A stretch of DNA of 64,000 nucleotides from the human T2T-CHM13v2.0 reference genome, Homo sapiens: the NCBI RefSeq assembly GCF_009914755.1, contig NC_060927.1, one strand, 5' to 3'. The notes under the pieces were generated by a model. That model had not been told where the DNA came from. It did not search any database and worked only from the letters and a program-made list of their open reading frames with translations. Every line of letters starts with the position of its first letter. Positions within the stretch are counted from its first letter, which is position 1. The position numbers and the translations under genes are program-made. Below are positions 56,004 to 64,000 of this stretch, piece after piece.

Positions 56004-57947
56004 TGTGACTCTCTGGATTCCAAATGACTCCTTGATTCTTCCTCCCTGCTGCTGGGTTAGCACTTACTCCCATTACTCCTATCGCCCCTGAAGTACAGGC
56101 GGGGTGCTCAGTAACCTCCCAGAACTAATCAAGGACTCAATTCATAAGGACTTTTACTATACTGCTATAACTTGATGAAAATTTATGAGAAATTCAAAAT
56201 TGTCAAATATGGTGAGAAGGAGATGTTTTCACTCAACAAATATTTATTGAGTGCCTTTTATGAGCTAAGCCCTTGGGCATCAAAGATCCTCAAGAGAAAC
56301 TTTCACCCTGTTAGGGTAAAGAGACCTCAAAAAACAAAGGCAGTTCAGTATGTGAAGCACAACAACCAAGTTAACTTTGAAGGATGGTGGCAGCCTAGAA
56401 GGAAGGGTGGCATCAGGGAGGGAAGATGCAAAGAAGGGCTGGCCTCTAATTTGAGGTTTAGGGGTTGAATTCACCAGGCAGGTAGAGGGAGAATAGCATT
56501 TCTAGTGGGGAGAACAGCATTTCTAGTGGTGAGAACAGCAGAAGCACGGGCACAGAGGCATGAAAATGCATGGCATGTTGAAGGAAGCCAGTTTTTTCTT
56601 AACCTCATTAAAATCATCTGACCAACAAATATATACCTTATTTCCTCCTTTCTAAGTTAAGAGGAAAAAAATCAGTAAAGAGCTAGAGTATTTGGAGAAG
56701 AAATGTCACTGAGGTCACTCCATGGACATGATTTGGACCCCTGACATCATTTTAACAGTGGGGTTTGGGGATTTCCATATACTGTTTTTACATCACTTGC
56801 CTGCCTCCCAAACAACCCCCCTACTTTAACAAGCAGCAGCTGCTCATCCTTCTATCACAGACATGCAGCCCCTGAGCTTCCAGAGTAGCTGTCCCTGCCA
56901 GCTGTAAGCAGGGAAGTCAGAAGCATAGAAATGAAGAAGCAACCAAAGCTCTGCCCAAGATACAATTTCAAAGCAGCTCATCTTTCTTAGGAGACCTGCC
57001 AAATAGGTTGGCCCTGACCCATTAAAGAGACAGGCAGACCCATTAACTCTATGGTTCACTTGTCCTGCTGTCCAGACTGCACTCAGCCTGCTTTCCTGTC
57101 AATCCACATATGTGCTATCTCAGCAGAGGGGACTAACATTTATCAAGCAGCTATTGTTTTATGTTATCTTACTATACCTATTTTTTGTTTTAATAGAAGC
57201 AGCAGGCTCAGAGAGGCTAAGGAACTTGCCCAAGGTCACAAAGCTAGTCAGTATGTGAATAAGGATTAAAGCCTAGGTCAGTGTGTCTCTGAATTGTATA
57301 TTCTCTACAGTATATTAATAACATCCTACCAGGTACTTTTGGGAGTTTACATGTGTGCATATACAAGCTCATCTATTGCTGCTGGAAATTTGAGTACATT
57401 GCCAGGGTGGCATACGTGTCAGAGAATCATGGGTGCATGTAATAGTGACATTACACTGCAGTAATAGTGGCCTGCAGTAATAGTGACATTGATGCCCACA
57501 GGATAGGACCTGTGATCAGAACACAACAATGAAAAGTTGTGTCTTGTGTAAGTCCAGATTTGATAGAAAAGGAAAGAAAAAATGTATTGTCTGTCAAAAT
57601 GGTATGTTCTTATAAGGAAATACACAAACATGAAGGCAGAACACAATAAAAAACAACTGGGAAAGAAAAAAGGAAAGAAACATAAGTTTTCTCATTTGTT
57701 GAGCTGATTCAATTCAATAGGCATTTATTCAGGACAGACTATGTGTTCCAAGAACAGGGGATATAAAGATGAATAAGACAATTATCACTTCAAGAAACTT
57801 TCAGTCTATCCCGGATACTGACTCAGAAACTGTAATCCAATAAAATAAGTGTACTTAGGATTCAAAGAAAAAACACTTATGAGGGAGCAAATAATTCAAT
57901 CCATAGGGACTTTTACTATACTGCTATAACCTAACTAAAATTCATGA

Positions 57948-58075
57948 GGTTGGGGGCGTGATGGCTTATGTCTATAATCCTAGTATTCTGGGAGGCTGAG
58001 ATGGGAGGATCACTTGTGCCCAGGAGTTTGAGACCAGCCTAGGCAACATAGTGAGACCACTGTCTCTTAAAAAAA
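57948..58075 (+). mobile_element. FLAM-like Alu monomer
   Basis: Single left-arm monomer ending gtgagaccactgtctcttaaaaaaa. Confidence 0.8.
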
Positions 58076-59077
58076 TATTTTTTTCCACGAGAAAACATCA
58101 CAGGGAAGGTGACTTTTAATCTGGTCTAAAAAGATGAGTAGGTTTTCCCCAGCTAGAGGAGGGCATTCCAGGAAGAACAGATTGTAAAGTCAGTCCCAGA
58201 AGTAAAACAAAATACGTGGCATATTCTGGTAACAGAGAACAGCTTGTTGTAGGTGAATCAAAAGGAGCAGCAGACAAGAGGCAGGCGAGGCAGGCGGGGG
58301 CCATCTTATGAAGTCACCAGAGTCAACAAGTGTGGTCATGAACTCAGCCTGGTCTTCAAACTGTTTGTTACTTGTCCATGCTGGTTCATGCTGGGGTAAG
58401 GACAGAAATTGTGACTTTAGACATTTTTTATAGCAATTTCACAGAGAAACTATGGCCTTTGAACTAACAAAAATTCTGGGTTTGTATAGCATATTTTTAA
58501 ATCTATATGGGTTTATTTCATTTTCCTAGTGTTGGGTCTGTGATGAATTGAGGGGAAAAAAGCTGGTTCTTCACCACATACAGTTTGAGAAACACTGAGC
58601 TTGGGGTTAACACTTTCCTAGTATAGATACTAAAATAGAACAGAGGCATAATTTTATGCTCTGGACACATAGTGTCAAGTTGAACTTAAGCAGACACTAT
58701 TGGTTGTCTTCCATAGCCATTTCCCCTTTTTCTTCAGTTTATGCAAATCTAATTTTGCTTGGGTAATATGTTAAGGAAGGTGGGCTTTTCCCCAAGTTGC
58801 CAGAGCCTGAACTAAGATTGGTTGAAGCCAAGCACAATATCTCATTCCCCTTGATAGCGACTGGCACAAAAGTAGACCTGTGAGCAATGAGATGTAAGAG
58901 GAAGTACGTGGGGGAGCTTCTGGGAAAAAGTATACTCCCTGGTAGATAGCAGGCCTACCTTTCATCCAGGCTTGAATAGTTGCGTGACGATGTAATGCTT
59001 GAAGTTACCATAGTCATGAGATATGATATGCCTAAGGATGAGAAGGGTAAAGAGCAGAAAAATAGAACAAGCCTAGG

Positions 59078-59382
59078 TTTTTTTGTTTGCTTGCTTTTTT
59101 AAGACAGGGCCTTGCTCTGTCAGCCAGGCTGGAATGCAGCGGCACAATCACGGCTCACTGCAGCCTCAGTCCTCTGGGTTCAAGCGATCTTCTCACCCCA
59201 GCCTCCCAAGTAACTGAACTACAGGCATGTACCACCATGCCGAGCTAATGTTTTTATTTTCTGTAGAGACAGGTTCTCACTATGTTGCCCAGGCCAGTCT
59301 TGAACTCCAGGATTCAAGCAATCCTCTGGCCTCAGTCTCCCAAAGTGCTGGGATTACAGGCATGAGCCACCACACCCAGCCA
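59078..59382 (-). mobile_element. Alu (AluJ-like) inside an MLT1-like LTR remnant
   Basis: Reverse Alu; flanks caagcctaggtt / caagactaagtt. Confidence 0.88.
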
Positions 59383-61394
59383 AGACTAAGTTCTTGAAAG
59401 CACCACTGAGCCACTATCTCAAACCAGGAGCTTTTAATTTCCAAACTTCCTAACAGGGAGGTAAATTACTTTTCTGTATTGCTTGTGTCAGTGTAGTTGG
59501 GTATTCTACTGCTTCCAGTTGAAAGCATCCTAATTCAGATCTCACTAAGGACAACTCTTCAGGGAACAGTTCTCTGAACATCTGCTAATTGTCACATTCT
59601 ATAAAAACTGAACATCAGAATTATTTTGCTCTACCAATAATTTTCTTTCTAAAGTTTGAGCAAACTATGAGAGGAATTCCTCCATAAACTCAATTTGACT
59701 GTTCAGGGTGACCTGTTAGGTGAACAAGATGGTGTAGTGGAAATCTGGTTGTCTATTCAATATCCATTTACCTCTTCCTCAATTGTGACGGAATTTGTTT
59801 TGTCCAGATATCAAACCTGCACATGGATCTAAGCAGGGGTGGGATGAAGGGGGCGGATCTTGTGTAAGCCAATCAGCATAAGGTATTCTGTTGATAACTA
59901 TTACTGGTCCATAAAAATACATATAACCTAATTTGGCTCAATCAGACCTTTAAAAAGGGGACTAAGAGTCCATGCCCAGGGAATGGTTTCTCTCTCTTCC
60001 GCTGGACTTTAACAAGCAAGCACATGACGGGCTTCATCAGTCCTGGACGAGAAAGCTGAGATGAAAATAACTTGAGTCTTGGATGAAATCAGTGACCCTA
60101 TGATATCATCACATCTAGAGCTGACTCTAACTGGACTTCCAGCTATGTGAGTTTTCCTTATGAGGATTTTCTATTACTTGCTATCAAAAGCACCATAATT
60201 GACATAGATGGAATATCTAGCAGTTTTTAATACCTAAAGAAATAAACGCTGGGCATAATCACACATGCACTGTTTAGGAAAGCATCTTGGAATATCCACC
60301 ATACCACTGAGCATTCAACTTTATATTTCTACGGTTTATATACATATATCCACTAGACTATAAGCTCTTTGAGGGTAGAGTCTATGTCTTACTACTCTTT
60401 ACTACTCTGTATAGTTGGCATATAGTATGTCCTCAGTAAGTGATGAATCAAATAGCCTCTCATCTTGAAAAACGTGTCTGATTCACACATGAATTATCAA
60501 CACTAGGGCTGTTCCCTGCAAATAATAGACCTTCACTAAGTATGCATTAAGTGAATTTATAACTACAAATACATGATGTTTATACTGGATAACTAGTACA
60601 CCAAAGAACACCGGGCTTCAACTTACCTCGCAGGTTACCAGCTATTGGATCAGGGTGATTTCCTTATCCTCTCCAAGCACCTATACTCACCTGTAAAATA
60701 AGGACCATGGTTTTTCCATCACATCATAGGTCATATTAGACCTATGAAAGACATAGTATTCCCAAGATAGGCCTTACTTAAGGATATGATCCTGTTTTCA
60801 TCAACCTTCAAGTCAAACATTTCAAGGTTAGACAAACGGGGGACTAGAGAGAATAGTGTGAATATATCCGTATTGAGTTGTCATTATTGTGAAGAGCAAG
60901 GGCTTAGCAAAGAGGTGCATTAGAATGTGGTTGTTACCCACTAGGAGGCCAAGTTCTTCACTTTTCAAGTGACTGTGGTGATATCTCTTTTCATTATTAC
61001 CGAAATGCTGTACCTCATCTTTGGGAAGACTTAAGCACTAGGAAAGGGTGGGCAGAGGGTCTTGTGAGATGTACTTTTAAGTGTTGCAGAGGCCAAAAAG
61101 GGTGCTTTCAGTTCCCTTACAAATCAGGCAAGCATACCAAACTGGCAAAAGTTTAAAAAAATTGTGTTGCTCAGAGATTAATCAGTGCTCTCAGACACTA
61201 AGGTGTAAATGGATATATTTTTTCTAGAGATCACTTGGGGGCAGTCCTCACTCAAAGCCTTGAAAACACGCATGGCCTCTGGCCCATCCTTAGCTGAAGT
61301 GATTAGTAAAGGACACTTGTAAAGACTTTCCATAAGGAGACTTCTATTGCAGTGTTATCAGAGTAGCCAAAAAAAAAAAAAGAAAGTAAAAGGT

Positions 61395-61396
<2 letters not shown>

Positions 61397-61434
<38 letters not shown>

Positions 61435-61446
61435 AGAGAGACAGAG
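61397..61446 (+). repeat. (CA)n(GA)n microsatellite
   Basis: Seen directly. Confidence 0.95.
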
Positions 61447-63224
61447 GTGAGAATGTCATCGAAGAGAGGTCCTATTGTAGACTGATGGGATTTCAGATTT
61501 CTTCCTTATTATGTTTCCATTAAACCAACCAACAAAATAAAACAAACAAAAATTCGGAATTTAGGTTATCTGACATATATCCTGTTCCAGACTGAGACCC
61601 AATTCCTAGAACAGCATCTGACATACAGAAGGCACTCTATATGAAGTATTTGTTTAATGAATGAATGTCCAAATGCGCAAAAAGAAAAAATAGGGTATTG
61701 GTTAAATTATGGTTAAGTCACAGATGAATTTATACATAGTCAATACAAATGACACCACAGACCTATACTCACTGATGGTAAAATACCTTAGGGGCAAAAC
61801 ATGATAATGTTATAACCTCATTAAAAATATGTAGCATAGAAAAAAAATTTTATTTTGTTTTAAAAAATGTATAAAGGCATAGGAAAAGTCTAGACTAGTA
61901 TATATCAGAAATTAACAATGGGTGATAAGGTTATCGATTTTTTTGTTTTCTTTTTTGCAGTTCCAGGACATATTCAAGCAGAGTTTGGATAACCACCTGC
62001 CAAAGATCTGTATTGGGTGGGAAGTTGGTTCATACCTGTCTTAATTGTCCAGGATTCTATTCTTCACCTAGATTATCTCTGTAAATCATGAAGTGCTTAC
62101 TAAAAGTATTATATCCAAATGAATATTCAAGTAAAAATATAAACAATAAAATAATAGAGAATGCTAATAACAGTGCTAAATACTGTGTATACATCATTTT
62201 TAATTAGTACTGACAATCTCGTAAGTTAGGTATTACTTCTATACCTTTTTTTTTTTTTCAGCTGAGAAAAACAGACCCAAAGAAGCTATGCCTTGCTTGA
62301 GGTCACATAGCCAGCTATTGAACCTAAGTCTGTCATACATCAAAGCCATGCTCTTAATGAATTAGGAAAGAATCTTAAGGAATCATCTGATTCAGCTCCT
62401 TATTTTATAAAGGAGGGACTTTTCCCATCACACAATGATACATGAACATTACACATCCTCTTAATTATGTTCTCAGTATCTTTTGTTCTTGAGATTTTAG
62501 ACTCAATGTACTTACAAGCAGAATATGATCATACTTCATTAGCCCATCAGCAGCTACGAGGATGACAAGGTTGCTATACTAAGGAAATCACACTCTGTTC
62601 AACTCCAGGCATCACCATGGCATAGCACTGAGCTGTTTGATTAGTGACATTTAATACCAATTCAGTCTCTAGCCTAATTAATTTCTAATTAATTCTAATT
62701 TCTAATTAGTTTCTAATTAATAAGAGACAACTGTCTACCCTGTAGGCACGAAACTTAAGATCCTAGTCTATTTTAAAATGTAACTACCCATGTACAGATT
62801 CATAATGCCAAACAGTTGAGATCTTCTAAGCCAAATTACCCTAATCTGGTCCAAAATCTAAACTAACTTTTCCAAAAGACAGCTAGTAAAGAATAACAAT
62901 AATGGTTTAAATAATAAGACTAAAGGCTTGTTCTTACCTTTAAGAAAGTTAAAAAAAAAAAAAAAGAGTGTTGAATGAGATGATATGGCTACCACACTGA
63001 TTCTGAATTGGTAAAGGGTTATTTTACTTCTATGCACCTAATTCTGGAGATTTCATTGGTTGAGGTCAGTATCTGCTTTCTCCTGACAACAGATATCCAG
63101 AGTTCCCAGAATGACATAGTAATAAGAACATAAGAACCTTATGTTACAAGATTTGTTGGTATATATCCTTTGGGGGAAAAAGCCACGTGAGCAAATGAGG
63201 AACACAAAAAAGAAACACAACTGA

Positions 63225-63363
63225 AGATCTTCCACTAGTAATATTTTACTTTCTTCTTACAATAAATTATAAATACTTTTTCCACATATCAAAGTTCGTC
63301 AAAGAACTCCCAAAATTAATCTTCTTCATTCTTCAGGAATTATTTATTCACACAGCAGACCAC
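63225..63363 (-). other. COX17: Probable non-coding terminal (3'UTR) exon of COX17
   Basis: Acceptor ttttctgtag|GTGGTCTGCTGTGTGAATAAATAATTCCTGAAG matches my recollection of the COX17 3'UTR; AGTAAA at 63245-63250; COX17 is the known upstream neighbour of POPDC2. No coding sequence in the window to confirm. Confidence 0.65.
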
Positions 63364-64000
63364 CTACAGAAAAATATTTATTTTAGAAAGTCAGATTTCA
63401 AACATCATGCCAGATCTATGGAGTCAGGGAATTAAGACCACTAGAAATGAATGCCTCAGATGAGTAATTAACTAATTGCCAGAATTATTCCAAATCAGTC
63501 ATAAAATTCAAAATCAGCATTTTAAAATTCTAGGTTTGCCTAACTAAAAACATTAGTGAAATTATTCATGATATTATTTACTCTTTAAAAGTTTTTGAAG
63601 TAAAAACTCTCTCTGCGTGTATATATATATAATACATATGTGTGTGTTTGAGAAATACATATTTCTCAAAAATATCCTCCAAAAAAGGCTAAAGCAGTTA
63701 TTTTTACAGATATTCAAGAAACAAGACCTGCAAACCCCTCTTTGCTGATTCAAGTATGCCTGGCGAAGATCCACAAAGTAGAAGGCAGAAGGTCAGCTCA
63801 GTACCCAAGGCACTTCCTGTGGAAAGTTACTCACTTAATCCCAAAGGCAAGACAAGGGCAACCCTTTAATATTCATTTGGAAAAATCAAAAAGGGAGAGT
63901 AGCATAGATAGGGTTGCTGATCCAGTCAAGTCAATACCAGGCTTCTCACACCTCTCCCAGTGCCTATCCCAGAAGATTGAGAACAATGCTAGGAAGGTAA

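Overview
Mammalian genomic DNA, primate by its Alu content; the proteins match my recollection of the human 3q13.33 locus. The + strand carries exons 2-11 of PLA1A (phosphatidylserine-specific phospholipase A1; exon 1 lies upstream of the window). The exons join in one frame through GT-AG sites to a TAG at 23169-23171, with AATAAA at 23490. The - strand carries the whole POPDC2 coding region (4 exons, two alternative C-termini giving 368 and 364 aa), a full-length RPL10 processed pseudogene with TSDs (29161-29894), and probably the non-coding last exon of COX17 (~63225-63363). The rest is Alu, L1, L2, MIR, MaLR LTR, hAT DNA-transposon remnants and microsatellites. I found no CRISPR array, rRNA/tRNA gene or convincingly new multi-gene system. 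The best observations concern RNA processing: tandem GT donors switching PLA1A to a truncated isoform, competing POPDC2 donors placed just inside the NMD boundary, a MIR-derived poly(A) signal, a chain of splice sites that could support COX17-to-POPDC2 read-through, inverted Alus around catalytic exons, cardiac TF motif clusters and a few small structural oddities. Repeat subfamily calls and repeat boundaries are by eye and approximate; gene identities come from remembered protein sequences, not database searches.
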